Source: Haliotis rufescens (taxonomy: Eukaryota). Taken from it: a stretch of 64,000 nucleotides of DNA. Within the stretch, counting starts at the first letter, position 1, and each line of letters opens with the position of its first letter. Location of the stretch: positions 20,770,001 to 20,834,000 of the forward strand of contig NW_025964112.1 of the NCBI RefSeq assembly GCF_023055435.1, written 5' to 3'. The notes beneath the pieces are model-generated. The model was not told where the DNA came from. It worked only from the letters and a program-made list of their open reading frames with translations, and did no database searches. Of the stretch, positions 38,001 through 50,541 are shown piece by piece. The position numbers and the translations under genes are program-made.

Positions 38001-39290
38001 GTCGTATTTCTCAGCGTTTAGTAATATGTCTCATTCTTAAACAATGATATTTGATATATGCTGTATGATGTTTGTGCGCCATATATAAAAGCATTTTTTT
38101 GTCTTTCAGAATTGGGCGAATTGAGACTGGTACTACTTGGTAAAACTGGAGCAGGAAAGAGTGCAACAGCAAACACAATAATGAATAAGAAGGTTTTTGA
38201 TTCAAGATCGTCGATGACCTCGGTAACCGAAAAATGTCAGTTTGTTCATGGCGATTTATTTGGCAACACCATCCAGATTGTTGATACACCCGGATTATTT
38301 GACACCAACACAAAGAAGGAGGTTATTGATACAGAAATTAAGAAATGTATTGCACTTTCGGCCCCAGGACCACATGCCTTTTTGTTGGTTTCATCCTTAA
38401 CCAACAGGTTCACAGAGGAAGAAGGGAAAGTCTTTGACGAAATTGACGACATGTTTGGGGAGCAAGTGCTCAACTACATGGTCATCGTCTTCACTGGAAG
38501 AGATCAGATCGAACCTAAGACAGTGGAGACACACATTCAAGGCGCACCTGACAAATTAAAACAGATTTTAAGTAACGCTGGAGGAGGATATGTCACCTTC
38601 AACAACAGAGGAAAGGAACTTGAAAAGGAAGCGGATGTAAAATGCCTTATTCAACGCATCAAAGACACAGTGAATAAGAATGGAGGGAAACATTTCACCT
38701 CAAAAATGTTCCAGGAGGCAGAAGAAATTATTCAAGAGAGAATCAAGAGAGATAGAGCTGACAAAGAAAAAGAGATGAGAAGGGAAATTGAGGAAGAATT
38801 GCGCGAAGAGATGAACGAGTTCATGCAGAACGAGAGGGAGTATTATGAGAAGCTTCATGAAGCCAATGTGAAAGAAATGGAAGATTTAAAACTTCAACTA
38901 AAGGGAGAGCGGGATACACATGCCAGAAAGCGTTCACTTGTTAGAGAGAATGAGAGGACCATGGGGGAGCTGGTACAGAGTGAGATGGAGATGAGGGCAA
39001 AGAAGAACAAACTTGTAGGGCAGTTGCAGAAGGCTGATGGTGAAGAGAAAGTGCAAATGCAGCGTCAACTGGCAAATGTTGGGGAGGAGGTGACGCGCAT
39101 ACTTGCTAAAAGGAAGAGAGTAGAAGATGAAGTCACAAATGACCGATTTTCAGCAGAATGTAATTTGAGAGCACAACAAGTAAGAGAAACTGAAAGGGAA
39201 AACATACAGAACGAAGATGAAGCAACACTCAGTAGATTCGCTGCAGGCATGAAGAATATGGGGAGGCGTTTTCTCAAGTTATTTAAGTAG
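35036..39290 (+). CDS. GIMAP: GIMAP/AIG1-family GTPase B with N-terminal RanBP2-type zinc finger and Pro-rich linker; exons 35036-35137, 36120-36260, 38110-39290; first exon unresolved
   Basis: Canonical GKTGAGKS, SVT, DTPG, PGPHAFLLV..RFT.EE, FTGRD, FNN and a long coiled coil. Two upstream phase-1/phase-1 exons: WVCATCYHNNDAANDSCQGC and DAQRTSPPLPVQAPPPPP. Confidence 0.85.
36388..37838 (-). mobile_element. HINE-like element in a GIMAP-B intron
   Basis: Minus-strand 5' end TTATCCCCCGCCAC..GTCTGTCCG resembles the 39890 element; 3' hairpin GCATTA..TAATGC followed by CTTGTT. Confidence 0.5.
37020..37745 (+). mobile_element. 3' fragment of a LINE nested in the HINE
   Basis: WLNNVQKSL..CGM; ETGRW..ADEFHYL..C; AATAAA near 37726. 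Confidence 0.65.
38110..39290 (+). CDS. GIMAP: GIMAP-B main exon (AIG1 domain and coiled coil)
   Basis: Acceptor TTTTTGTCTTTCAG| at 38109; the ORF-track start at 38058 is intronic. Confidence 0.95.
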
Positions 39291-39889
39291 GCATACGTAG
39301 TGTGACATTTAGTGAAGATGAAGCAACACTCGGTAGATTCGCTGCAGGCATGAAGAATATGGGGAGGCGTTTTCTCAATTTATTTAAGTAGGCATACATA
39401 GTGTGACATTTAGTGAAGATGAAGCAACACTTCGAAGATTCGCTGCAGGCATGAAGAATATGGGGAGGCGTTTCCTCAAGTTATTTTAGTAGGCATACAT
39501 AGTGTGATATTAAGTGAAGATGAAGCAACACCTCGATGATTCGCTGCAGGCATGAAGAATATGGGGAGGCGTTTCCTCAAGTTATTTAAGTAGGCATACA
39601 TAGTGTGACATTTAGTGAAGATGAAGCAACACTTCGAAGATTCGCTGCAGGCATGAAGAATATGGGGAGGCGTTTTCTCAAGTTATTTTAGTAGGCATAC
39701 ATAGTGTGATATTAAGTGAAGATGAAGCAACACCTCGATGATTCGCTGCAGGCATGAAGAATATGGGGAGGCGTTTCCTCAAGTTATTTAAGTAGGCATA
39801 CATAGTGTGACATTTAGTGAAGATGAAGCAACACCTCGAAGATTCGCTGCAGGCATGAAGAATATGGGGAGGAGTTTTCTCAAGTTATT
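39213..39889 (+). repeat. 101-bp tandem array derived from the GIMAP-B C-terminal codons, stop and proximal 3'UTR (7 units)
   Basis: Units start at 39213, 39314, 39415, 39516, 39617, 39718 and 39819; further units near 41011 and 42203. Confidence 0.97.
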
Positions 39890-40979
39890 ATCACCCGCCA
39901 CGAAGTGGAAGGGGGATATAGGAATGGGTGCGTCCGTCCGTCCGTCGCATTTCGAAAGTATTTTTCAAATTTCCATGGCAACGATTTTGGCTTAGACTGA
40001 AAATGGCGGTAGTCCTCGTTTCCGGAGCAGATGTTGAAAACCGTACCATATTTCTTCACCAAACTTGGCACATAGCTGGGTCTAGTGGTGAACTGGTGCC
40101 TTTTGATTGTTTGGGATTTTTGAAGAAATTAGTTTTCGAGTTTCCATGGCTACGACTTTGGTTTAGACTCAAAAATGGCGGTAGTCCTCGTTTCCGGAGC
40201 AGATCTTCAAAATCGTACCATATTTCTTCACCAAACTTGGCACATTGATAGGTCTTGTGGTGAACTGGTGCCTTTTGAAAGTTTGGAATTTTTTAAGAAA
40301 TCATTTTTCGAGTTTCCATGGCATCAACTTTGGCTTAGACTAAAAATGGTGGGAGACCTCGTTTCCGCACAAATTTTCAAAATCGTACCATATTTCTTAA
40401 CCAAACTTGTCACATAGATAGGTCTAGTGGTGAACTGGTGCCTTTTGATAGTTTGGGATTTTTGAAGCGATTATTTTTCGAGTTTCCATGGCAACGACTT
40501 TGATTTAGACTGAAAATGGCGGTAGTCCTCGTTTCCGGAGCAGATCTTGAAAACCGTACTATATTTCATCTTCATTTGTTGCATTCACTGACTAACTTCA
40601 TACAGAAACACAACTCATTACAAATACAATAGTGTAACTGATCTTAAACCTGCTCAACTGTATAAACAATATATAATCTTGTCAACCATACTCTGTACTT
40701 CACTTGCTTGATAATGGTGTTAGAACCTACACCGAAACCATCGCTCCTAATTGTAATAAAGAAGTTGTTCGTCCATATGTCTCATCCTTACTCATTACAA
40801 ATTCAGTAACATATTCTATCATAAACTGCAGATGGAAAAACAACACCAGTATTAACCTTTTTTAGTGCTGCAATTAGGCCATATCCTAAAAGGCCCAGTG
40901 AACATAGTTCACAGGAGCTAATGCATTGCACACACCCGACATGTCATATTGGTGGGGGATGTGAGTATTTCATTCTTGT
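39890..40979 (+). mobile_element. HINE/Helentron-like element inserted in the 101-bp array
   Basis: Inserted at TT; ATCACCCGCCA and TGGTGGGGGAT sub-TIR, (GTCC)n, about 3.5 internal repeats of ~171 bp, CTTGTT end. Confidence 0.7.
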
Positions 40980-41081
40980 TTAAGTAGGCATACATGGTGT
41001 GACATTTAGTGAAGATGAAGCAACACTTCGAAGATTCGCTGCAGGCATGAAGAATATGGGGAGGAGTTTTCTCAAGTTATT

Positions 41082-42171
41082 ATCACCCGCCACGAAGTGG
41101 AAGGGGGATATAGGAATGGGTGCGTCCGTCCGTCCGTCGCATTTCGAAAGTATTTTTCAAATTTCCATGGCAACGATTTTGGCTTAGACTGAAAATGGCG
41201 GTAGTCCTCGTTTCCGGAGCAGATGTTGAAAACCGTACCATATTTCTTCACCAAACTTGGCACATAGCTGGGTCTAGTGGTGAACTGGTGCCTTTTGATT
41301 GTTTGGGATTTTTGAAGAAATTAGTTTTCGAGTTTCCATGGCTACGACTTTGGTTTAGACTCAAAAATGGCGGTAGTCCTCGTTTCCGGAGCAGATCTTC
41401 AAAATCGTACCATATTTCTTCACCAAACTTGGCACATTGATAGGTCTTGTGGTGAACTGGTGCCTTTTGAAAGTTTGGAATTTTTTAAGAAATCATTTTT
41501 CGAGTTTCCATGGCAACAACTTTGGCTTAGACTAAAAATGGTGGGAGACCTCGTTTCCGCACAAATTTTCAAAATCGTACCATATTTCTTAACCAAACTT
41601 GGCACATAGATAGGTCTAGTGGTGAACTGGTGCCTTTTGATAGTTTGGGATTTTTGAAGAGATTATTTTTCGAGTTTCCATGGCAACGACTTTGATTTAG
41701 ACTGAAAATGGCGGTAGTCCTCGTTTCCGGAGCAGATCTTGAAAACCGTACTATATTTCATCTTCATTTGTTGCATTCACTGACTAACTTCATACAGAAA
41801 CACAACTCATTACAAATACAATAGTGTAACTGATCTTAAACCTGCTCAACTGTATAAACAATATATAATCTTGTCAACCATACTCTGTACTTCACTTGCT
41901 TGATAATGGTGTTAGAACCTACACCGAAACCATCGCTCCTAATTGTAATAAAGAAGTTGTTCGTCCATATGTCTCATCCTTACTCATTACAAATTCAGTA
42001 ACATATTCTATCATAAACTGCAGATGGAAAAACAACACCAGTAATAACCTTTTTTAGTGCTGCAATTAGGCCATATCCTAAAAGGCCCAGTGAACATAGT
42101 TCACAGGAGCTAATGCATTGCACACACCCGACATGTCATATTGGTGGGGGATGTGAGTATTTCATTCTTGT
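41082..42171 (+). mobile_element. Second copy of the HINE-like element (1192-bp tandem duplication with one array unit)
   Basis: Near-identical to 39890-40979 at offset 1192. Confidence 0.75.
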
Positions 42172-43209
42172 TTAAGTAGGCATACATGGTGTGACATTTA
42201 GTGAAGATGAAGCAACACTTCGAAGATTCGCTGCAGGCATGAAGAATATGGGGAGGAGTTTTCTAAAGTTATTTAAGTAGGCATACATATTGTGACATTA
42301 AGTACTTAGTTTAATAGGGTCAAACAAATGACCTTTTTGGCGTCTGTATGTATCTCTATCTAATCCTTATGCTGTCACAATTTGTTTATTGTTAACGCAG
42401 CACTCACCAATATTCAAGCTATGTGAATACGGCTGTCATTGCATTGCTATCCTTGCATCTTGAAGGACTATATAACGGATACAACAGTCCGTTTGCCACA
42501 CCGTTTTCAAGTGGATTAGTATTGAGACGCCCCCAACCAAAACTATGTAATTCTCTCTAACACCGAGCTCCCCCACCCCTGTAAAAAGAGAATTGCCGTA
42601 TTTCAAAACATCATAGTTTTTTTAAACTAGTCCGGTGTTGTGGTAAATAAACTTCAAATCTGGGTGGGTAAAAGACATTCAATAACATATGTGTCATTTA
42701 TTGGCAAACGGACTGAACTCCGAATCCATGTTATATTTGATCAAATATATAGATATTACATAATGTGATGTGTGCATTACAAGAACCAGGATTACCATCC
42801 TGTTTGGTGTATTTTTGTCCTCTTTTCTGCAATATTTTATTAGATTAGGTGGGAGTATGTCTATAACGTCACAATCATTATCAGAAATAGTCCCGGTAAA
42901 TTAAGACTGCCTTTAAATAACCAAGTATGGCCATGGTGAATCAGTGGCTGAATGTCTAATCAACGATCCACGACATCGGAGTTTGATGACATACAATGAG
43001 ACAAGTCACAATGCCCGACCACCTGACCCCCATTGTAGCCAGAATCAAACCATCGGACTAACGAATCTGAGAAATTATTATGTCTTTTTTCTGATATCAT
43101 GCCCTTACGTGGCAGAATCTTTTCGTAGAGGCCAGTGGTAGACATGGAATGAATGAATGAATATGCATTGTGCTAGTATTTATATAGATAGGTGCATTAT
43201 TAACACATG

Positions 43210-43266
<57 letters not shown>
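43210..43266. repeat. (TA)n microsatellite
   Basis: Perfect run. Confidence 0.97.
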
Positions 43267-43269
<3 letters not shown>

Positions 43270-44552
43270 GTCATTAACTATGTACACAAGTGAGCACTAT
43301 CAGTGAAACATCTTCTTTGAAACCATTGGATAATTTAATAATGCTGAAATGGTTTTCGCTTGTATCCGCCCGTGACGACACCTAGATATAATCGAAAAAT
43401 GATTTAGCTTGAGCATGTCATTTGAAAATGAAACGAAATTGGACGAGGGTTTCTGCAATAATATTACCCAGGAAAATAGCGTTACTGTTATTATCATTAT
43501 AACTAAACATTGTCCTTAGCATACCTAAACCAAATCAGTTTCCACACGGACACAACGGAGGTAAATGACGCACTGGTCTAGGACCACGTTAACAATGGAT
43601 TACGTATCTATAAGACGTCATTCGACCTTGCATTTTGACATCGGAGAGAAACAGTTTTGTGAGCAAATGTGAGTGCAGCTGTTTATACAGTGACCTGCCA
43701 GGGAGAGGATCAGAACACTGAGTGAACGTCATTGAGTAACGTGATTGATAATGGCCAGTCGCTCGGGGGGCATTATCAAGATACAGCGTTCCGTTTTTTG
43801 ATAATTATATCCATTTTAGCTGTAATGATGTTTAACGCCTGTCACATACCGGCATGTAAATTATCGACTTTTTTATTCTTCACTCCCTGGGAAGTATACA
43901 AAACAAGCTGCCTTAGGCGCAAGAAGGTTAATAGTGCTAGGTGAACAGAGGCTTATTTCAAATAAGTCACTTGCCCAAAAGTGCTACATGTGCTTAAGTG
44001 TGGGGCTGGACCGAAACTCAGAAGCCAAGCTGCCGGACCCGATCACCCATCCAAGAACGCCCCACGACAAACGTTGCTTAACTTCAGCATATTTATGAAC
44101 AGATGGCACGTGGCTATGTCTTATACAGTTTCAAGTGAAATAGCTTCAAGCATCCAAGATTGCATAGAAACGTCAAGTTAAACGAATTGTGAAGATATAA
44201 TAAAAAACAAATAGTTTTCGTGTTTGTCATACTTAGGTGATATGACATCGAAATGACGAGTCACGTGGATTAGAGTGGGATACTCCTATCATGAGTAAAC
44301 AGTATTCTGTTAAATATGTTCCTTATGAATGGTTTTACGACGCTCTTGACAATGTTTTAGCAATATCTCTTCGGGGACACAAAAATGGGTGTCACATATT
44401 TATATGGTGCGAGTGCATTTTGTTAGATTGGCTGTGAAATGTTCATTTCACTTGTGAGATGGCCCCTTTATATCCCGTCATCGCTGAGGGATCGGGTGCC
44501 CAGGCTCGCTGATGCATGTTATCCAATTACATAGATCGATGCTCATGATGGC

Positions 44553-47500
44553 TAAGCGATGCTGAAAGTTTTTTCGACACATTGCTTGAAAAGTATTATT
44601 TGTATCAAAATGAAGGTTTCACAATTATTTGTGGGGACTTTAATGCACGGATGGGGTCACAAAGAGACTATATAGCCGGGGTAGACGAGGTGCCCGACAG
44701 AGATGTCATAGACCATACCGATAATTCTCATGGTTCTCTATTTTTAGATTTTCTCATTAACTGCAATCTATGTATGTTAAATGGCCGTATTGGAAATCAT
44801 GACTATACATATGTTAAAAATGGATGTTCGATCGTAGACTATATTGTGACCTCACATGAGAACTTACCTTTGTTTACTGATTTTAATGTCACTAGAATGA
44901 CAAGCTTTGTTGACGCCTCGTCTGTCCCTGATGTTATCCCTGATCACTCTGTTATTACTTGTGATGTGAGGATTCCTAATGAGGTCAGTAGCCCTCGGTG
45001 TGATGAACCTTTACCTGATTACTATAGCCGTAAGAGATATAAACAAAGTGGGATTGATGACAATCTTTTTGACGATACGAGTACAACACTTGTCTCTGAT
45101 ACTATCCGTAGAATTGAGTTTAATTTATCGGTACAACAAGATGTTAATGCTGCATATGAGGAGTTCTTAACTTGTTTATACTCTGAGCTAGACAGTAAAG
45201 TTGGCACGTATGAAAATAAAACGAAAACGTCTAACAAGAAATCCCTCCGTAAACCTTATTGGTGTGCAGAGCTTCAGTCTGCCTGGGACCTAGTAGTTGA
45301 TAGTGAACGTCTATGGCTCAGATGTAAGAATGTCTCTCAGAAACGGGCATTAAAACACGTCTTTGTCTCTAATCGTAAATCTTTTGATAAGCTGCATAGA
45401 AAATTCAAACGCTCCTTTCAGTTAGAACGTCAGCAGCGACTGTTGCATAAATACAAAGATAGTAATAGCAGAGATTTTTGGAAACTTATTGGTAAGATTG
45501 GCTTAGCTTCCGATCGGGATTCTGTCATTCCATGGGAGATAATCCAGGGAGACACGGTTGTCACCGATAAGTCGCGGGTTTTAGATGCATGGAAATGTGA
45601 GTATAGCTCGTTGTTTAACGCTGATCCAGTGGGTGTATTTGATGAATCTTTCTATGATCAGATCAAGGACGAGTTAAGCAACATGGTTGTTGACCCCCCT
45701 CAGGTAGATGTAGATGTAAACAGTCTGCAGGCCCCTATATCACGCGATGAGGTAGTACGCTCTGTTAGCCGCTCTAAGTGTGGTAAGGCCGTAGGCTGTG
45801 ACCATATACCTGCAGATGCACTTAAGAATGAGACTTGTGTTGACATTCTGCACCGGATATTTACTTACTGCTTCGAGAATAATGTTTTTCCAGATATTTG
45901 GCATGAAAGTATAATAACGCCTATTAAGAAACCGGGTAGTGACCCCAGAGATCCCCTTGGCTATCGTGGTATATCACTACTTTCCATTCCCTGTAAGATA
46001 TATTCAGATATACTAAACTCTCGTTTCACAAGTTGGCTAGAAGATAATGACATATTGGCTGAGGAGCAAAATGGATTTCGAAGTAAGCGTAATACTATTG
46101 AGCACATATACACTTTGTTTTCAGTAATTAATAACAGGAAATCTTCAAAGTCCTCTACATTTGTCTGTTATATTGATGCCATGAAGGCCTTTGACCGTGT
46201 TAATCGAGACTGCTTATTATGGTACAAACTGATGAAGTTAGGAATTAATGGTAAATTTTATTCTGCTGTAAAGTCTTTATATGACAACAGTGTATCCCGT
46301 GTATCGGTAAATGATCGGCTTACTGAAGGGTTTGATATACAGAGCGGTGTCAGGCAGGGATGTGTCTTGTCCCCATCACTATTCTCAGTATTCATTAATG
46401 ACCTGGCCCATGAGATAAACAATCCAAAATGCGGTGTAGACGTTGGTGGTAGTCTTCTCAGTCTTTTGATGTATGCTGATGACATAGCATTAATTGCGCC
46501 AAATGAGCATTCATTACAATCAATGCTTCACTGTGTTGCTGATTGGTGTAAGAGATGGCGAATTCAAGTTAATACCAGCAAAACTAAAGTAGTACATTAC
46601 CGGCCACCATCTGTGAAACGAACATCATTTGAGTTTCAGTGTGGCAATGACAACATTGACATATGCTCATCATACAAATATCTTGGTTTATGGCTAGAAG
46701 AACACTTAAATTTGAATTCTACAGCCAAAGAAATCGCCAAATCCGCGAGTAGAGCTCTGGGTGTAATTATAAGTAAATTTAAACTATTTGGAGGAATGCC
46801 ATATGACGTATATAATACGCTATTCAATAATCTTGTTCAACCAATTTTATCATATGGCTCAGTTATTTTTGGCAATCGAGAATTCAGTTGTATAAACGCA
46901 GTTCAAAATAAAGCTTGTCGTTTTTTTCTCGGGGTGGGTAAATATACTCCAAATTTAGCTGTCCGGGGCGAGATGGGTTGGCCTGCTCAGCTTACTAAAC
47001 AGAAAATAGAAGTTTTCCGATTTTGGAGAAAGATAAACTCTGTTCCGCCATCTAGACTTGTTTCACAGATTCGAAATTGGTCTCTTACCTTCCGCAAATC
47101 ATGGGATAAGACAGTTAACGCAATGTTTATATCACTACAACTTCCATCTATGGATTTGTTTAATTTCTCTATTAGTGAATTCCATCTAATCACACGCACT
47201 TTGAGATGCAAGGACGCCGATTGTTGGTCACGTGATTTATGGAATGACACTGGTCATGAACATGGGAATAAGTTGAGGACTTTCAGACTCTTTAAGAATA
47301 CTCTAAATACGTCGACCTATGTCCGCTCTGTTTTAGACAGACAGCAACGTAGTACCTTGGCAAAACTACGCTGCAGTTCTCTCCCTTTGGAGGTTGAAGT
47401 TGGTCGCTACTCCCGTCCAAAGACACCACTACACCTCCGTTTATGGAGGTTATGTGACCGCCAGTGAACACGAAGTACATTTCCTCACAGAATGTGAATT

Positions 47501-47892
47501 CTACTCTGATCTACGATATGACTATTCTCATTTGTTTTCTCCAATACATACTTGTCTAAGAAGTTTAACCCCAGAAGACCAATTTATATATGTTATGCAG
47601 AATGACAGTCTAGCTATTCCCCTAGCCGCAGTTGCTACTGCTATGTATAAAAGAAGAAAATTTCAACTTGCATTGTAAGTAGTGCACTTCTGATCCACAA
47701 GTATCTCACTAAACGATACTAGCATAATCTCTTCATATAAAACTGAGCTACTTTAAATTTTGATCTCTCGTGTCTCATAGGCCAACCGGCCGGGTGGTAT
47801 ATTATATATTTTGTCTTGTACTTTGAATGTATGTATTTTTATACTGCGTGACACGCAAATAAAATACTAACTTATCTTATCTTATCTTATCT
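44553..47892 (+). mobile_element. CR1/L2-group LINE, 5'-truncated inside the APE domain, inserted into a family-2 SINE
   Basis: 961-aa frame with GDFNAR, SIVDY, DH (APE) and YRGISLL, EQNGFR, KAFDRV, GVRQG, YADD, YKYLG (RT). C-terminal frameshift into 47394..47678. AATAAA then (CTTAT)n tail. SINE halves at ~44485-44550 and 47893-47993. Confidence 0.95.
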
Positions 47893-48529
47893 GTAAGTGG
47901 CTGGATTGTCTGGTCAAAATTCGATTATTTACAGACCGCCGTCATAAAGTTTGAATATTACTGAGTTCGGCGTTTAACAACAAACAAACAAACAGAAGAG
48001 AGTATAATATGGCTTCTTTTAGAATTTTAAATTAAACAATAATGACTCAATAAATGGATGAGCAGTGGACCAACACATTAAGTTCTATGGATGTCAACGT
48101 ACATATTATTTTTATAAGTAGTATTCCCATATGCTTCTTACAGCAATAAGGCATTTCTCATCGGAATAATGGCGGCAAACATGAGTGAAGTCATTGGAGC
48201 GATCATTGGTGCAAAATTGTAGTTGAGGTGGACAACTTTCTTCGTTGAGTTTTGCACTTTATCATAAGGGCGTACACACCGAATTTTGATGGCATATAAG
48301 TTTAAATGACACGTGGACGATATTCTTATAGAACCACACGACCATTATTGTTCTCAAATACATATTGTCTGTCTCGTGAATTTAAATTTCAAAAGACAAG
48401 AATCCTTTACTGCTGTTAGTCCTAGGACCAGAACGTAGGTAAGTTTGCCTATATAATTTATATATAAACCACCAAATTTGGGATCAGTGCTATATCACGC
48501 AGTACTGTCCCAAAATACTTTAAGTTAAC

Positions 48530-49070
48530 CGTAAATGATGCTTACGCAATGTCAGGTCTTGCTGAATTCTTTTGCAAATTGAAAGACGTCACGCTATATT
48601 GCAGCACGCTAAAGCTGGCCGACTCGTTGCACGTGTTGTAACATACGTTTTGAGGCAGCACTGCTGGTATTTCTCCAGATTTCTCCTCCACAGAACATGT
48701 CTGGGATTGGGTGAAAAGGCGCCAACGATTGGATCAGAACTAGCCGGTAACGCTAGCTCACTTGGCCAATCTTTTGAACAACCTCCCCAAGGCTGTTTTC
48801 AATCAACCGGTGTCTTCAAAGCGGCGCCGCTGCCTTGGCTGTATCAACATTAACGGTGGTCACACCCGATATTTACACTGTTAACTGAGTTGTTACACCC
48901 CGCTCTTTTAGGGCGTGTCTCTCCCGTTCCTTTTACCAGGTATGGGTTTTGTCAATGAGATTGCCATGATAAAGCATGCACCAAATATTATGTTGTTATT
49001 TTCAATAAACATAACCTTTACACCACTTTGTTTGAAACTTCTTTTTTACTTTTTTCCGTTAGTAGTATAT
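48530..49070 (+). mobile_element. Degenerate Tc1-like 3' fragment
   Basis: EHVWD and GGHTRY remnants followed by a T-rich TIR-like end; the last ~110 bp recur at 1-112. Confidence 0.5.
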
Positions 49071-49936
49071 GTTAAAGTAGTGTTGTTTGATTTTGCGTGT
49101 ACAGTATAATTTTCAAATGTGATTATCAAATGTAGTTTCTTAGCTTTGAATATTTAACAACATTTGAATCATTTATATTAACACTAGTATTGTATTGTAG
49201 GCGATAGCGACATAACATTCGGAATATCGTTCAAAGGATTATTGAAATCACGTGTGTATTTCTAAATACATTTATGTCTTATCCGACCAGACATACGTAA
49301 AAGGATGCGGGCTCCATGGATTAGGATTTGTTTTTATTTAACCATGATAATTTTAACACGATTCTTTGATTTGGCAACCTATTCTTCTAAAATCTTGACT
49401 GAAAAAAAATGACTTGACTAACAGCTGATGATGTCACCTCTGATAAGTCGCCGTAATTCTATGACCTCTTCAGGGTTGTTTAGCTGAAAACAGGACGCAA
49501 TCTCCATATCACCATGACCTTATGAGATTAGCCTCCATTCGACTGAGAAAACTACTAGTGTGGCTTTGATAATTCCGATTGATTCAGTCTCCGGGTCCAT
49601 CGACCTACATCGGACAGTGTAACAAATTATCTAGTTTACAGAAAGTCAGGACTTTCAGATTTATTGCAATGTTTTCTCAGCTGATTGCGCAGTAGTTCTA
49701 GGAATGTAAGATTTGTCAGAAGTAAACATTCAAATCACGAGATACATCATCAACATTGTCCGTTAGTGTCTTACTTAAATATCCAGTGAGCTATTCCACG
49801 TGGGCAATACACATAAATTTATTATATATACGTGTCCGCGTTCGATAGCTTTTTCAATACAACCCTTGTTTTTAAAAACATACGTTTATATAAACAGCTA
49901 TCGCTCTTGAGATACACGTTGAAACGCCCGTTATAA
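48959..49936 (+). repeat. Segmental duplication block, copy of 1-978
   Basis: Near-identical to the window start. Confidence 0.95.
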
Positions 49937-50375
49937 TACATTTCCTAATAATTTCACCTTTCCCGGCAAACGCACGTCACCTCAGCCTTGAAAGACGGGG
50001 TGTAATAATATAATCTTGTTCATTGTAGCATCCAAGGTTGACACAAAGCGGTGATTGCAACGTCTAGATAGAGTCCGAAATATTACCCAGACCCTACCAA
50101 GCTATGAGTGAGCCAATTTGTACTTACAATTGTGAAATAGTCGGATTGGTACCAAATTATCTAAGTTTACTATAGCTACCACCCACGGTATTATGTTATA
50201 AACTGTGAAAACTCGTTTTGTTACTCATATATATGAGAGAGTGAATGCAGTAAAACGCCACATTGAGCTATATTTCACGATATCACGACGGTTTTAAATA
50301 ATTGGGTCTGGACCTGACAAATAAACGACTGAAGACATGTTCAACGATCCATGCCCTGGGCGCACGCTGACTCGA

Positions 50376-50541
50376 GTGAGTGAGTGAGTATGGTTTTACG
50401 CCGCTTTTGGCAATATTCCAGCAATATCACGGCGGGGGACACCAGAAATGGGCTTCACACAATGTACCCATGTCGGGAATCGGACCCGGGTCTTCGGCGT
50501 GACAAGCTAACGCTTTAACGACTAGGCTACCCGACCGCCCC
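50376..50541 (-). mobile_element. tRNA-derived SINE (family 1), full length with 13-bp TSD
   Basis: CACGCTGACTCGA at 50363-50375 and 50542-50554; tRNA-like head and (ACTC)n tail. Confidence 0.95.

Noticed and set aside
38058-38109. N-terminus MLYDVCAPYIKAFFCLS of the 410-aa ORF
   Set aside because: It is the polypyrimidine tract and acceptor of the intron.
39213-39889. Regular repeat array as a CRISPR-like locus
   Set aside because: Units are contiguous with no unique spacers, derive from the GIMAP-B coding end, and the context is eukaryotic.
50460-50541. tRNA gene (also at ~1720-1783 and ~6375-6447)
   Set aside because: These are tRNA-like heads of SINEs, with a SINE body, simple-repeat tail and TSDs.
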